From the IMG/VR virus record IMGVR_UViG_3300031963_011573, positions 1-64,000 of that record: DNA of 64,000 nucleotides. One strand, given 5' to 3'. The position numbers were made by a program, and so were the translations under genes. The notes below the pieces were generated by a model. The model had not been told where the DNA came from. It ran no database searches and worked only from the letters and a program-made list of their open reading frames with translations. Positions 48,548 through 58,948 of the stretch are shown in pieces. Position 1 is the stretch's first letter. Every line of letters starts with the position of its first letter. Source of the stretch: a virus.

Positions 48548-50023
48548 ATGGCAAATACACTTACTCAAGTAGGAATTGAAACAGGAAATGCAGTTGAGGC
48601 ATATCATGTTACTCAATCAATTGATGCTTTTACTGGAGCAATAGCATATGATATTACTCTTTCAGGCTCATTTAATATGACGGGCCCCATTAATGGACAA
48701 TCAGGATTAATTAACCCATTAACCGCCTCTTATGCCATATCATCATCGCGTGCTATATCGGCTTCATTTGTAACCAGTGCTTCATATGCTTTAAGTTCTT
48801 CACGTGCTATATCGGCTTCATTTGTAACTAGTGCTTCATATGCTTTAAGTTCATCTTACGCGGTAACAGCTTCTCATGTACCGAACACATTTGTACAGAA
48901 TGGAAATAGTTTTGGTACAACCGCAACACTTGGAACCAATGATACTCAACCTTTAATATTTGAAACAAATAATACTCAAAGAATTTACATATCTAGCTCA
49001 GGTAACATTGGAATCAACACTATTTTACCTACAGCTCGTCTCTTTATTTCAGAATCTACTAGCCAAATTGCATTGAGAATTTCCCAAGCAGGTACAGGTA
49101 ATGCATTGCAAATAGAAGACGCTGCATCAGATACTTCTCCATTTATAGTAGACCAAAATGGTAATGCTGCTATAGGAAAAACTTCAGTTGATTCTTATGG
49201 TACAAATCCTTACAAACTACAAGTTAGTGGAAGTACAAATCTTTCCTCACCCCAATCTTTTACAACTAGTCAACCTCCAGTATTATCTATTACTAATCTT
49301 TTTGATGGTTTTAATAGAATGATTGAATATGCTACTAGAATCTCTGGTTCTGCAACATATGTTAAAAGAATAATATCTAATGGTGGGTATCATGCAAATA
49401 ATCCTGTATTTCATAACTATGCTTGTGATATAATTGGTGAATCTAATAATCCTACTAGCGGATTAAACAATAATATAGATTATACTCTAGGTTGGAGATG
49501 GGGAACATTCAACTCGAGTAATTATCAGATATACATGCAGCTAAATTCTAGTGGATCTAAAGCTGGAAATTTAGGTTTAGGCTTAGGATCTTTTGGTGAT
49601 CCTAATTATTTAATTCATTTAGGAGCAGATTCTGCAGGTAAACCAGGTGGAGGAAGCTGGACAGATAGTTCAGATGAACGACTTAAAGAAAACATTGAAT
49701 TAGCAGATTTAGATATATGCTATAATGTTGTTAAAAATTTACCACTTAAAAGATATCGTTGGAAAAATAATTCATACACAGATGAACAGATAGTAGATAG
49801 AAATGTTGTTGGGTGGATAGCACAAGATGTTGCAGATGTCTTTCCAAAAGCTGTTAATTTAAAACCATTTACTCAAGTAGATGGAACAGTTTTAGAGGAT
49901 TGTCTATCTCTTAACGAAACAATGATCAACAGAACGTTATATGGTGCTGTACAAAAACTTATACAAGAAAATGAAACGTTAAAATCTGAAATAGAGGCAA
50001 TTAAAACACACTTAGGTTTATAA
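48548..50023 (+). CDS. tail fibre with C-terminal intramolecular chaperone (peptidase S74)
   Basis: ASYA repeats; GNIGIN repeats; SDERLKENI...GWIAQDV; coiled-coil end. Confidence 0.88.
   Translation: MANTLTQVGIETGNAVEAYHVTQSIDAFTGAIAYDITLSGSFNMTGPINGQSGLINPLTASYAISSSRAISASFVTSASYALSSSRAISASFVTSASYALSSSYAVTASHVPNTFVQNGNSFGTTATLGTNDTQPLIFETNNTQRIYISSSGNIGINTILPTARLFISESTSQIALRISQAGTGNALQIEDAASDTSPFIVDQNGNAAIGKTSVDSYGTNPYKLQVSGSTNLSSPQSFTTSQPPVLSITNLFDGFNRMIEYATRISGSATYVKRIISNGGYHANNPVFHNYACDIIGESNNPTSGLNNNIDYTLGWRWGTFNSSNYQIYMQLNSSGSKAGNLGLGLGSFGDPNYLIHLGADSAGKPGGGSWTDSSDERLKENIELADLDICYNVVKNLPLKRYRWKNNSYTDEQIVDRNVVGWIAQDVADVFPKAVNLKPFTQVDGTVLEDCLSLNETMINRTLYGAVQKLIQENETLKSEIEAIKTHLGL
48749..48852 (+). 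repeat. 54-bp tandem duplication (SRAISASFVTSASYALSS x2)
   Basis: Near-identical DNA units starting at 48749 and 48803. Confidence 0.85.
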
Positions 50024-50033
50024 TTTACATTTT

Positions 50034-50483
50034 ATGTCAAATTGGTTATACAAAAATAAAGAGATATCCTCAATAGAGGATATACCTCAAAACACATTCG
50101 GTTTCATATATATTACAACTCATACTCCAACCGGTAAAAAATACTTAGGTAAAAAATCTATTTACCATAACGTAAAGAAAAAACTTACCAAAAAGGAACT
50201 TGCCGAACAACCTGTAACTAGAGGTAGAAAATCTACTACCACTACAATCCAAAAAGAATCAGATTGGAAAACATATTATGGTTCAGAGGAATTTATCAAA
50301 CAAAAAATAAAAGATAAAAAACAAGAAGAATTCACTCGAGAAATACTGTTTTTTGTTCCAAATAAAAAACTTTTAACCTACTACGAGTGTAAATACCAAT
50401 TTGTTTATGGTGTATTAGAGTCTGATGAATGGCTTAATACTAATATCTTAGGTAAATTCTATTCAAAAGACTTTGTTGCTTAA
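50034..50483 (+). CDS. GIY-YIG family nuclease (T4 EndoII/Seg-like)
   Basis: GFIY...KKYLGKK...W.TYYGS...E...N. Confidence 0.7.
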   Translation: MSNWLYKNKEISSIEDIPQNTFGFIYITTHTPTGKKYLGKKSIYHNVKKKLTKKELAEQPVTRGRKSTTTTIQKESDWKTYYGSEEFIKQKIKDKKQEEFTREILFFVPNKKLLTYYECKYQFVYGVLESDEWLNTNILGKFYSKDFVA

Positions 50484-50507
50484 GGTTTTTTTCTTATATT
50501 ACCATAT

Positions 50508-51437
50508 ATGGTAAACGAACTGCTAGTTAATTTAGTAAATTCTGTTTTAGGGGTAGGAAAACGAACAGCAAGAGGAAATCAAGCATATACATGTCCTTTT
50601 TGCCATCATCATAAGCCAAAACTTGAAGTTAATTTTACTGAAAACAAAGAAGGAAATAATCCTTGGGCGTGTTGGACTTGTGGTAAAAAAGGCAAAACAG
50701 TTAAAAGTTTATTTAAACAAATTCAAGTTGATGCAAGTTATTTTCAAGAATTGAGTAAACTTGTAAAAAATGTTTCTATAGAAGACATAGGAGAAATAAA
50801 ACAATCTTTACTTGAATTACCAAAAGAATTCAAAACCTTTATCAACAACAAAGATATTATAGCAAAACATGCTTTAGCATACCTTAAAAAACGAAACCTT
50901 ACCAAACAAGATATTTTAAAATATAACATTGGTTATTGTGATTCAGGTCAATATAATAATATGGTAGTTATACCTTCATATGATAACAACGGTAAATTAA
51001 ATTATTTTACCGCGAGATCATTTGAGAAAGATCCTTATGTCAAATACCGCAACCCCGAAACGTCTCGCGATATAATACCGTTTGAATTGTTTGTTAATTG
51101 GGATTTACCTATTATATTATGTGAGGGCCCATTTGATGCAATAGCAATTAAACGTAATGTTATACCGTTATTTGGTAAAAATATACAACCAACTTTAATG
51201 AAAAAGTTAGTAGAATCAAAAGTTCAAAAAATATACATTGCATTAGATACTGATGCTTTAAAACAAGCCCTTGGTTTTTGTGAACAGCTTTTAGACATTG
51301 GAAAAGAAGTTTATCTTGTAGAAATGCAAGGAAAAGATCCAAGTGAAATGGGTTTTGAAAACTTTACTAAACTTATACAAACAGTTTCTCCTTTAACACA
51401 ATATAATTTAATGGAGAAAAAATTATATACCATATGA
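50508..51437 (+). CDS. DNA primase (CHC2 Zn finger plus Toprim)
   Basis: CPFC.H...CWTC; CEGPFDA; LDTDA; KDP. Confidence 0.9.
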   Translation: MVNELLVNLVNSVLGVGKRTARGNQAYTCPFCHHHKPKLEVNFTENKEGNNPWACWTCGKKGKTVKSLFKQIQVDASYFQELSKLVKNVSIEDIGEIKQSLLELPKEFKTFINNKDIIAKHALAYLKKRNLTKQDILKYNIGYCDSGQYNNMVVIPSYDNNGKLNYFTARSFEKDPYVKYRNPETSRDIIPFELFVNWDLPIILCEGPFDAIAIKRNVIPLFGKNIQPTLMKKLVESKVQKIYIALDTDALKQALGFCEQLLDIGKEVYLVEMQGKDPSEMGFENFTKLIQTVSPLTQYNLMEKKLYTI

Positions 51438-52198
51438 TCATTAAAAAACAATACCAACGTATACTCCAAATTTCTGAAGATTCTAAACAAATCACACTCC
51501 CTGATTCACGTTATTATTTACGAAATGGAGAATATTACCCCTCAATTACTTATATTTTACAGTACTACCCTAAAGGGAAACATTTTGAAGATTGGTTAAA
51601 ACAAGTAGGTAATAATGCTGATTATATTGTTAGAAAAGCAGCTGATGAAGGAACCCAAGTACATAATTTATGTGAATTATACTTAAAAAATGAAGAATTA
51701 AACTTCCTCTCCCCGTCAGGTGACCCTAAATATGATGTTAATATTTGGCAAATGTTTTTACGTTTTGTTGAATTTTGGGAGACTTTTAATCCTATACTTA
51801 TAGAAACAGAAGTACTTTTATTTTCTGATGAATGGAAAGTAGCAGGTACTTGTGATTTAGTAGTTGAAATTGGAGGGAAGATATGGGTATTAGATATTAA
51901 AACATCTAATCATTTACATACTATATATGATTTTCAAACAGCAGTATATGGAAAATGTTATGAAGAATGTTTTAATAAAAAAATAGATCACCGTGGTATT
52001 TTATGGCTTAAATCAGCTAAAAGAGGAGCTAAAAAAGATAAAATGCAAGGAAAAGGATGGGAAATAGTTGAATCTGCTCGTACATACGAGGAAGATTTAA
52101 ATTTATTTAAAACAGTAAAAACTATATTTGATTTAGAAAATCCTAACCATTCCCCGTCATTTACTGAATTTAGAACCACGGTTAAAAAAGAATCATAA
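51434..52198 (+). CDS. PD-(D/E)XK exonuclease
   Basis: PSIT, GTQVH, AGTCD, DIKTS, Q...Y. Confidence 0.85.
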   Translation: MIIKKQYQRILQISEDSKQITLPDSRYYLRNGEYYPSITYILQYYPKGKHFEDWLKQVGNNADYIVRKAADEGTQVHNLCELYLKNEELNFLSPSGDPKYDVNIWQMFLRFVEFWETFNPILIETEVLLFSDEWKVAGTCDLVVEIGGKIWVLDIKTSNHLHTIYDFQTAVYGKCYEECFNKKIDHRGILWLKSAKRGAKKDKMQGKGWEIVESARTYEEDLNLFKTVKTIFDLENPNHSPSFTEFRTTVKKES

Positions 52199-52209
52199 TA
52201 TGTATAATC

Positions 52210-52635
52210 ATGGTAAAATTATCTCAACTACTAAAAGAAATATATGCTGAACCTAATAAATTTAATTATCCCCCATTAATTAAATCTCTTACAGAATATA
52301 TGTTGGGAAAAGGAATGAATATTCGTCCTTTACCTAAAGTAAAATTTGTTGATGATGATATTGAAAATTCCCAAAATTTCTTTGGAAAAACAGCATATTA
52401 TAACCCGAATGAAAAATCAATAGTTTTATACACTTATGGGCGTCACCCAAAAGATATAATGCGTTCGTTTGCTCATGAAATGATTCACCATGAACAAAAT
52501 TGTGAAGGGCGTTTAGGTAATACTCCTACTACTAATATCAATGAAGATGATTATCTATATGAATTAGAAAAAGAAGCTAATACATTAGGAACCATGATAT
52601 TTAGAGAATGGACAGACAAAATAACAAATAATTAA
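52210..52635 (+). CDS. zincin-like HEXXH metallopeptidase with head-leader N-terminus
   Basis: AHEMIHHEQ...EKEAN. Confidence 0.7.
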   Translation: MVKLSQLLKEIYAEPNKFNYPPLIKSLTEYMLGKGMNIRPLPKVKFVDDDIENSQNFFGKTAYYNPNEKSIVLYTYGRHPKDIMRSFAHEMIHHEQNCEGRLGNTPTTNINEDDYLYELEKEANTLGTMIFREWTDKITNN

Positions 52636-52636
52636 T

Positions 52637-53209
52637 ATGTCAGATAACGTTTTAAAAAAACAATTCCAAAAAAACGACGTAGAACGCCTACGTAACCTTA
52701 TTAAAGGTAAACACGGTGACCGAACCACAGTAGGAATTGGTTATAACGGAGAAATAATAGAAGACCATAAAGAAGGTGATATTTGGGAACAAGGAGGTAA
52801 AACTTGGACTATTCGAGATGGAATTAAAGAAAATATCACTAAACTAGATAAATTTAAAAAAGTAGCAGTTCCTTTATTTTGCCCTGATTGCAAACAAATT
52901 ATGGATAAACAATTAGATCCACATTATTTTAAATCATATGGTCATTGTCTAGATTGTAGAACAAAATTTGAAACTCAACTTAAACTAGAAGGCAAATGGG
53001 AGGAATACACTAATTCTACATTCAATGCCGAAATAGATAAACAAATAGAAGAATATAAAGGTTATTTTGAATCACTCCTTTCAGAAGGAAACCAAGACTA
53101 TGTTTCCGAAAATGGTGAAATTCAAAAATGGGTTGGTGGAATAGATAAAGAGCGTGCTCAAAACGCTTTAGATGAGATGGTTAAACACTTAAATTCTTTA
53201 AAAAAATAA
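52637..53209 (+). CDS. Zn-ribbon hypothetical protein
   Basis: CPDC...CLDC. Confidence 0.7.
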   Translation: MSDNVLKKQFQKNDVERLRNLIKGKHGDRTTVGIGYNGEIIEDHKEGDIWEQGGKTWTIRDGIKENITKLDKFKKVAVPLFCPDCKQIMDKQLDPHYFKSYGHCLDCRTKFETQLKLEGKWEEYTNSTFNAEIDKQIEEYKGYFESLLSEGNQDYVSENGEIQKWVGGIDKERAQNALDEMVKHLNSLKK

Positions 53210-53832
53210 TGGAAACTTTTACAATGATAACAACTGTCTTAGTAGCACTAATTACAGCTGTTGTAGGACCTATAATTGTTAATTGGTTTAAAATTAAAAT
53301 GGAAAAAAAAGATACCTCTACTCCAATGAGAGATGCTCTTGAAACCTCTACTTTAATTGACACCCAATTAGAACAAATAATGGATGAATTAGAAAGTGAT
53401 CGTATTTGGATAGCCCAATTCCATAATGGAGGCTATTTTTACCCTACAGGCAGATCAATCCAAAAATTCTCCATATTTTATGAAAAATGTACCCCAGAAA
53501 CACCTACCATCCAGAATACATTCCAAAACATTCCTGTATCTTTATTTCCTAGAGTATTATCCAAAATATACAAAGATAATGAATTATCAATTGAGGATGT
53601 AGATATAGAAGAAGATACATATGGTTTAGAATATATAACAACACAATTTGGTACTAAATCAATTTGTATGGTTGGTTTACATAGTTTAGATAATCATTTA
53701 ATAGGTGTATTAGCTATTTCCTTTCAAAACCCACACCATATTACAAAAGATGAATGGATTTATATAAGACAAAAAGTAGGAGTTGTAGGAACACTACTTT
53801 CCGAATATTTATACACGACAACAAAAAAATAA
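53209..53832 (+). CDS. single-TM GAF-domain protein, T4 holin T-like
   Basis: N-terminal TM; DRIWIAQFHNG...GTKS...LIGVL GAF pattern. Confidence 0.55.
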   Translation: METFTMITTVLVALITAVVGPIIVNWFKIKMEKKDTSTPMRDALETSTLIDTQLEQIMDELESDRIWIAQFHNGGYFYPTGRSIQKFSIFYEKCTPETPTIQNTFQNIPVSLFPRVLSKIYKDNELSIEDVDIEEDTYGLEYITTQFGTKSICMVGLHSLDNHLIGVLAISFQNPHHITKDEWIYIRQKVGVVGTLLSEYLYTTTKK

Positions 53833-53834
53833 AA

Positions 53835-54374
53835 ATGGACAATTTTGACTTAAAAAAATTCTTAAAAGAAAGTAAAGCTCTAGAGAATTTAAACCCTATA
53901 CTAAAAAAAGAAAACCTTAGTGAAGGTAACATGCGTGGTAAAATCCGCGAAATGATTTTAGCTGAATTGGGAAACCCAGATGACTATGATTATGATCCAA
54001 ATGATGATTACGGGGATGATGAATCTAGTTATTTTCCTCATATGCAAGGTTTAGAAGATGAACCTGAAAGTGAATTAGAGGAAGCTAAAAAGAAAAAAGA
54101 CGAAGAAGTAGAAGATGTTGAAACAACTGATACTGAAACAACTGATACAACTGAAGAAATGCCTGCTGAGGAAGCGCCTGCTGAAGATGCACCTGCTGAT
54201 GGAGGTGGTTTAGAAGATGTAGCTGCAAACATGGAAGGTACTGAAGGTGAATTAATGGACCATTTAATGAGTGCATTTAAAATTGCTAAAGGTATGAACA
54301 ATGAAAAACTTGAAACACAAGTTGGAAACACACTTAAATTTTTCGTTAGCGAATATATTGGTGGAGGAGAATAG
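53835..54374 (+). CDS. acidic head-associated protein (MDNFDLKKFL leader)
   Basis: Start reassigned after the late motif. Confidence 0.7.
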   Translation: MDNFDLKKFLKESKALENLNPILKKENLSEGNMRGKIREMILAELGNPDDYDYDPNDDYGDDESSYFPHMQGLEDEPESELEEAKKKKDEEVEDVETTDTETTDTTEEMPAEEAPAEDAPADGGGLEDVAANMEGTEGELMDHLMSAFKIAKGMNNEKLETQVGNTLKFFVSEYIGGGE

Positions 54375-54405
54375 TAATTAATTAAATCTATATAAAATAA
54401 AATCT

Positions 54406-54579
54406 ATGAACACAACAGAAATTTTAGAAGCAATCAAAGTTGCTGTAGCTGATTTAGAGGCAAACCATGCTAAATCTTCAAAAGCAGCTCGTGGTAGAGC
54501 ACGTAGTGCAGCTAACACAATTAAAAAACTAGCAGCTGAATTTAAAAAGACTTCAACTGCAGAAGACAAAGAAGCATAA
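54406..54579 (+). CDS. histone H1-like (Hc1-family) small basic protein
   Basis: Read manually: KAARGRARSAANTIKKLAAEFKKTS resembles Bacteroidota Hc1 KAAG.RARK...KEFRK.S. Confidence 0.65.
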   Translation: MNTTEILEAIKVAVADLEANHAKSSKAARGRARSAANTIKKLAAEFKKTSTAEDKEA

Positions 54580-54580
54580 A

Positions 54581-55462
54581 ATGCAAAAAAAAAGAACCGA
54601 AAATTCAATTGAAAAATCCAACGGAACTTCCGTTGGATCTTTTGGTTCTTTAACTGAAGGATTTATCCCAACACCTGAACAATCAAAGGAAATAGTAGAT
54701 AAATTCAAATCCATTATCAACACTCGTTTAGATAAACTATATGATACTAGAGGAGCAGATGGAGAATTATACGCTTATGGCATTGCTGTTAATCAAGTAA
54801 AGAAAAAAGCAGAATCGGGTGCTGAAACACCTGAAGAAACACCAACAGAAGAACCAATGGATAAAGAAACTAAATTAAAAGAAATGATTCAAGCGGCTTT
54901 ATCTAAGCCTTTAAATGAAAAGAAAAAATCTTTCCCTGATTTGACAGGTGATGGTAAAGTAACTCAAGCTGATATTTTAAAAGCACGAGGGGTTGAATTA
55001 GAGGAAGACCTTGATTTAGGTCACCAAGATGATGAACCACACATGCTTAAATCTGATTTATATGATATTGGGAAATATGCTATAGAACTTTATAAAATAG
55101 TTGATCAATTTGAAGGTGAACAAGAAGTTGATTTCCCACACTGGTGGCAAGCAAAAATTGTTAAAGCCAAAGAACTTATATCTTCAGCAAAACATTATCT
55201 TGAATTTGAGATAAAAGAACCTCAAATCGATGCTATGGTAGATGTAGTTTCTGAAGAAGATGTAATTGATGAAAAATTAAAACCTTCTATGGGTGCAGGA
55301 GCATATGTTAAAGATTTTGAAAAATCTGAAGCACCTCAATTTAAAGGTAAATCTGAAAAGAAAAAACAAAAAATGGCGGTAGCTGCTTATCTGTCTGCTA
55401 AAGATAAAACTAAGAAAAAAATAAAAGAAGCTATTTTAGCTAAATTTAAAAATAAACAATGA
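54581..55462 (+). CDS. hypothetical protein with EF-hand/dockerin-like motif
   Basis: DLTGDGKVTQADI. Confidence 0.7.
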   Translation: MQKKRTENSIEKSNGTSVGSFGSLTEGFIPTPEQSKEIVDKFKSIINTRLDKLYDTRGADGELYAYGIAVNQVKKKAESGAETPEETPTEEPMDKETKLKEMIQAALSKPLNEKKKSFPDLTGDGKVTQADILKARGVELEEDLDLGHQDDEPHMLKSDLYDIGKYAIELYKIVDQFEGEQEVDFPHWWQAKIVKAKELISSAKHYLEFEIKEPQIDAMVDVVSEEDVIDEKLKPSMGAGAYVKDFEKSEAPQFKGKSEKKKQKMAVAAYLSAKDKTKKKIKEAILAKFKNKQ

Positions 55463-55923
55463 CCCGCAACCAACTAAAAGATAGAATTAGAAACCTAGTA
55501 AAACAATCATATTCCCAACAAACTATTACCCCAGAGGAAGCTGTTCAATATGATGAGTTAACTAAATTTCCTGAACTGAAAAAAGTTATAGTTGATTTAT
55601 TGACAAACGAATATGATAATTTTTTGGAATCTATTGATTGGGTTGCTCCACGTCCTACTACATTTAGAATTAACTTAAAAAACGGACAAGAATTTTATCT
55701 AATTTATGGTAAACGCAGTTGGATTGCCCAAATAGAAGGCAAAAAATATTATCTAAAAAACCTCCCAGAAGAACAACGTGCGGCAGAATCTATAGCTCAA
55801 ATTTTGAGATATGGAACCCCTGAGAAAAAATCTGAAGAAGAATTTGAACCAGAAGCTGGAGCAGAAACTCCACCTGCTGAAGAAACACCACCAGCTGAAG
55901 AAACACCACCAACAGAAGCATAA
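55459..55923 (+). CDS. hypothetical protein with ETPPAE repeats
   Basis: ORF track. Confidence 0.75.
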   Translation: MTRNQLKDRIRNLVKQSYSQQTITPEEAVQYDELTKFPELKKVIVDLLTNEYDNFLESIDWVAPRPTTFRINLKNGQEFYLIYGKRSWIAQIEGKKYYLKNLPEEQRAAESIAQILRYGTPEKKSEEEFEPEAGAETPPAEETPPAEETPPTEA

Positions 55924-56810
55924 TGGATATTTTAGAAAAATTTTTAAATAGTATAGCTTACAAGTTTCCTAAAGGATATCCTGATATGAAGGATCCTAAC
56001 GATGTTGAATTGCTTCATAAGTTATTAAATGAAGTAATTGATTTAGAAGAATTAAAAACCAAACCTCATTGGGATGAACGAATTAAGGAAAGAGGTACTA
56101 TATTAGATATAATTAGTTTTCCTAAAGATTATCCTTTATCTAAACAAGAAGTTATTAAACAAATTGAAGATGAACTTAATAGGAGAGCTATCAATTTAGA
56201 AAAACTTAAAGAAGTTCCATTATCTCTTCCATATAAAATAGGATACAAATTATTCAAACCACTACTTAATTATAACGGGAAAAATATATCTCTTGATTTA
56301 AAAGTTGAATATACTGTTAAAGGTATTAAAAAAATAGGAATAGGGAACTCATTTGTGGCTGTAATAAATAATGATACATTAATTACTTTACTATTATTAC
56401 CAAGTGATGATAATCCTACTATAGAATTATCTTTAGAAAAGCACGAAGAAAGAGAATATGGAAAACCTAAACCAATAAAAATAATTTCTTCAAGTAATTA
56501 TGAATTTATCATTACTCCTAAACCAGAAAGCTCTCAATTAATTAAAATTACAGATCTACCATATAAAGTAAAAACTTCATATCGTCCTGGAACAACTTTT
56601 ACTCATGACAAATATGGAACTGGAACTATTATAGCAGCAGCCTCCGCTGGGACTAGATCAGGTGAGCCTGATAGTAGAGGAATAGTCGATTGGGTTGAAG
56701 TAGATTTTGGTAAACCATATGTTTTAGGCGGGCAATTTAAAAAAACAAGAACTATAAAAGACGTATATACTTCAATTTCTCCTGACTTAGACTCCCCAGC
56801 AGCTGAATAA
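55923..56810 (+). CDS. hypothetical protein
   Basis: ORF track. Confidence 0.75.
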   Translation: MDILEKFLNSIAYKFPKGYPDMKDPNDVELLHKLLNEVIDLEELKTKPHWDERIKERGTILDIISFPKDYPLSKQEVIKQIEDELNRRAINLEKLKEVPLSLPYKIGYKLFKPLLNYNGKNISLDLKVEYTVKGIKKIGIGNSFVAVINNDTLITLLLLPSDDNPTIELSLEKHEEREYGKPKPIKIISSSNYEFIITPKPESSQLIKITDLPYKVKTSYRPGTTFTHDKYGTGTIIAAASAGTRSGEPDSRGIVDWVEVDFGKPYVLGGQFKKTRTIKDVYTSISPDLDSPAAE

Positions 56811-56866
56811 GTATTTGGTTTTATAAAAAACTTTTCTTATATTTAAATCAAACTTCAAAATAAATT

Positions 56867-57964
56867 ATGGAAGAAAACTCAAAAGTTATATCATCAGAAA
56901 TTACTAATCGTGTAATTACAGTAGAAGATCTTTTAAATATATATAATGTATCTTTAGATAAATGGGAAATTGAAAAACAAATCCTCAACACATGGGAAGT
57001 TGGTGCGAAAGGACCAGATAATAAAATTGTTACTACTCCTTTATTTCAAGTAAAAGTTTGGTTAAAAAATAAACAAACTGAAATATTAAAAAATATTCGA
57101 GAAGAATTTATTGAAGATATTAAAAAATTATCTCCTAAAGTTGAAAAAATAAACTATAAACAAAAAGTAGATAAATACCCATTATTATTAGAAATTAATA
57201 TATTTGATTTACATTTAGGTAAAATAGCATGGTCTGAAGAAACTAACCATGATTATAATTTAGAAATAGCAAGTACTATATTTAACCAATGTATAAATGA
57301 ATTTATTGAAGAAACATCTAATAAAAATATAGACCGTATAGTTTTCCCTGTAGGAAATGATTTTTTTAACTCAGACAGATCTCATCCTTTTAATAGTACA
57401 ACTAAAGGCACACCACAAGAAGAAGACGCTAGATGGCAAAAAACATTTAGGTTAGGACGTCAATTATTAGTAGAAGCTATAAATAAACTTCAATATATTG
57501 CCCCTGTAGATGTGATTATGATTCCTGGTAATCATGATTTTGAAAGGAATTTTTATTTAGGTGATTCATTAGAAAGTTGGTTTTACAACAATGAAAATGT
57601 AACTGTAGATAATTCTGCAAATCCTAGAAAATATTATAAATACGGTGAAGTATTAATTGGTTATACGCATGGTAATGAAGAGAAAATAACTGATTTACCT
57701 TTAATTATGGCTAATGAAAAACCAACAGATTGGGCATTATCAACTTATAGAGAATTCCATTTAGGTCACTTACACCATAAAAAAGAAATTAAATTCAAAT
57801 CCACAGAAGAATACCAAGGAGTAATCATTAGATATTTCAATTCATTATCAGGTTCCGACTCATGGCATCATAAAAAAGGATACGTTGGAGCTAAACGTTC
57901 TGCTGAAGCATTACTCTGGGATAAAACTAAAGGTTTAAAAAATAATATCTATTTTACTTTATGA
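56867..57964 (+). CDS. calcineurin-like metallophosphoesterase
   Basis: DLHLG, GND, GNHD, THG, GHLH; host-type TTG promoter. Confidence 0.85.
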   Translation: MEENSKVISSEITNRVITVEDLLNIYNVSLDKWEIEKQILNTWEVGAKGPDNKIVTTPLFQVKVWLKNKQTEILKNIREEFIEDIKKLSPKVEKINYKQKVDKYPLLLEINIFDLHLGKIAWSEETNHDYNLEIASTIFNQCINEFIEETSNKNIDRIVFPVGNDFFNSDRSHPFNSTTKGTPQEEDARWQKTFRLGRQLLVEAINKLQYIAPVDVIMIPGNHDFERNFYLGDSLESWFYNNENVTVDNSANPRKYYKYGEVLIGYTHGNEEKITDLPLIMANEKPTDWALSTYREFHLGHLHHKKEIKFKSTEEYQGVIIRYFNSLSGSDSWHHKKGYVGAKRSAEALLWDKTKGLKNNIYFTL

Positions 57965-58473
57965 AACCAGCAGATTTAGTTACACCTGAATTAATTCAAT
58001 ATTGTATTCAATTTAACACAATAGTGGTTTTAGGTTACACTAAAACAGGTAAACTTCCAATAGCTAAAAAAATTGCCCAAGAATTAGATCGTCCTTTATT
58101 TATTTCTGATGAGTATTTAGAATTAAAAGATCCATTAGATGCTTTTATGAGTGATGTTACTTGGCATCAAAGAAGAGGAAATCAAATAGTAATTGAAGGT
58201 ACTTTATGTTTTAGATTATTAAGAAAAGGTTTAGAATTATCTAATTTTAATACTGATTTAATTATCAAAACTAAATGTAATGATGAAACAATAAAACATT
58301 TTTATAGAATAGATGGTGAGGAATCTAAAATTAAACGAGCTCTCTCATTTAATCAAGGTTTAAATAAAATATGGGATGAATATAGAGGAATATTACAAAC
58401 TAAAACATATAATGAAATCCCTAAATTTATAGAATTAGAAACCACACTCCCTGAATATTCGTATTTCTCATAA
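57961..58473 (+). CDS. P-loop kinase-like protein
   Basis: LGYTKTGK; SD; VIEG. Confidence 0.5.
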   Translation: MKPADLVTPELIQYCIQFNTIVVLGYTKTGKLPIAKKIAQELDRPLFISDEYLELKDPLDAFMSDVTWHQRRGNQIVIEGTLCFRLLRKGLELSNFNTDLIIKTKCNDETIKHFYRIDGEESKIKRALSFNQGLNKIWDEYRGILQTKTYNEIPKFIELETTLPEYSYFS

Positions 58474-58489
58474 TATTTATTAACATATT

Positions 58490-58948
58490 ATGATTAAATT
58501 AATTAATTTACTCAAAGAAATTACTGGGTTCTCAAATTGGAAAATACCTTCCTCGTCTCAACTTAAACAAGAGTTTAAGATAGAACAAGAAATGAAGGGT
58601 AATGAATTTTGGGAAGATGAAGAAGCTTTTTTAAATGCTGTTAAAAACGGTAAAATTGTAACTGTTACTCCTTCTGAAGATCAAGATATAGATTATAGAA
58701 GCGGAACCGAATCATATGAAGAACTTTTAGGTCTTATTAAATCATATCGATCATATCCTGAATTTAGAAATGAAAAAACATTGCAATCTATTTATGATGG
58801 ATTTAAAAATAATTCTCCTATGGATTTACCGATAATTATAGAAGACGATAACGGGTATAGAAGAATTTTTTCTGGGAATACAAGAATGGATATAGCTTTT
58901 CAATTAGGTATAAACCCGAAAGTATTACTCATTAAAGGAGATTTATGA
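58490..58948 (+). CDS. ParB/Srx-like domain protein with head leader
   Basis: LPIIIE...IFSGNTRM. Confidence 0.6.
   Translation: MIKLINLLKEITGFSNWKIPSSSQLKQEFKIEQEMKGNEFWEDEEAFLNAVKNGKIVTVTPSEDQDIDYRSGTESYEELLGLIKSYRSYPEFRNEKTLQSIYDGFKNNSPMDLPIIIEDDNGYRRIFSGNTRMDIAFQLGINPKVLLIKGDL

Noticed and set aside
39818-50023. Diversity-generating retroelement targeting tail genes
   Set aside because: There is no reverse transcriptase and no TR/VR pair with adenine-specific mismatches in the window.
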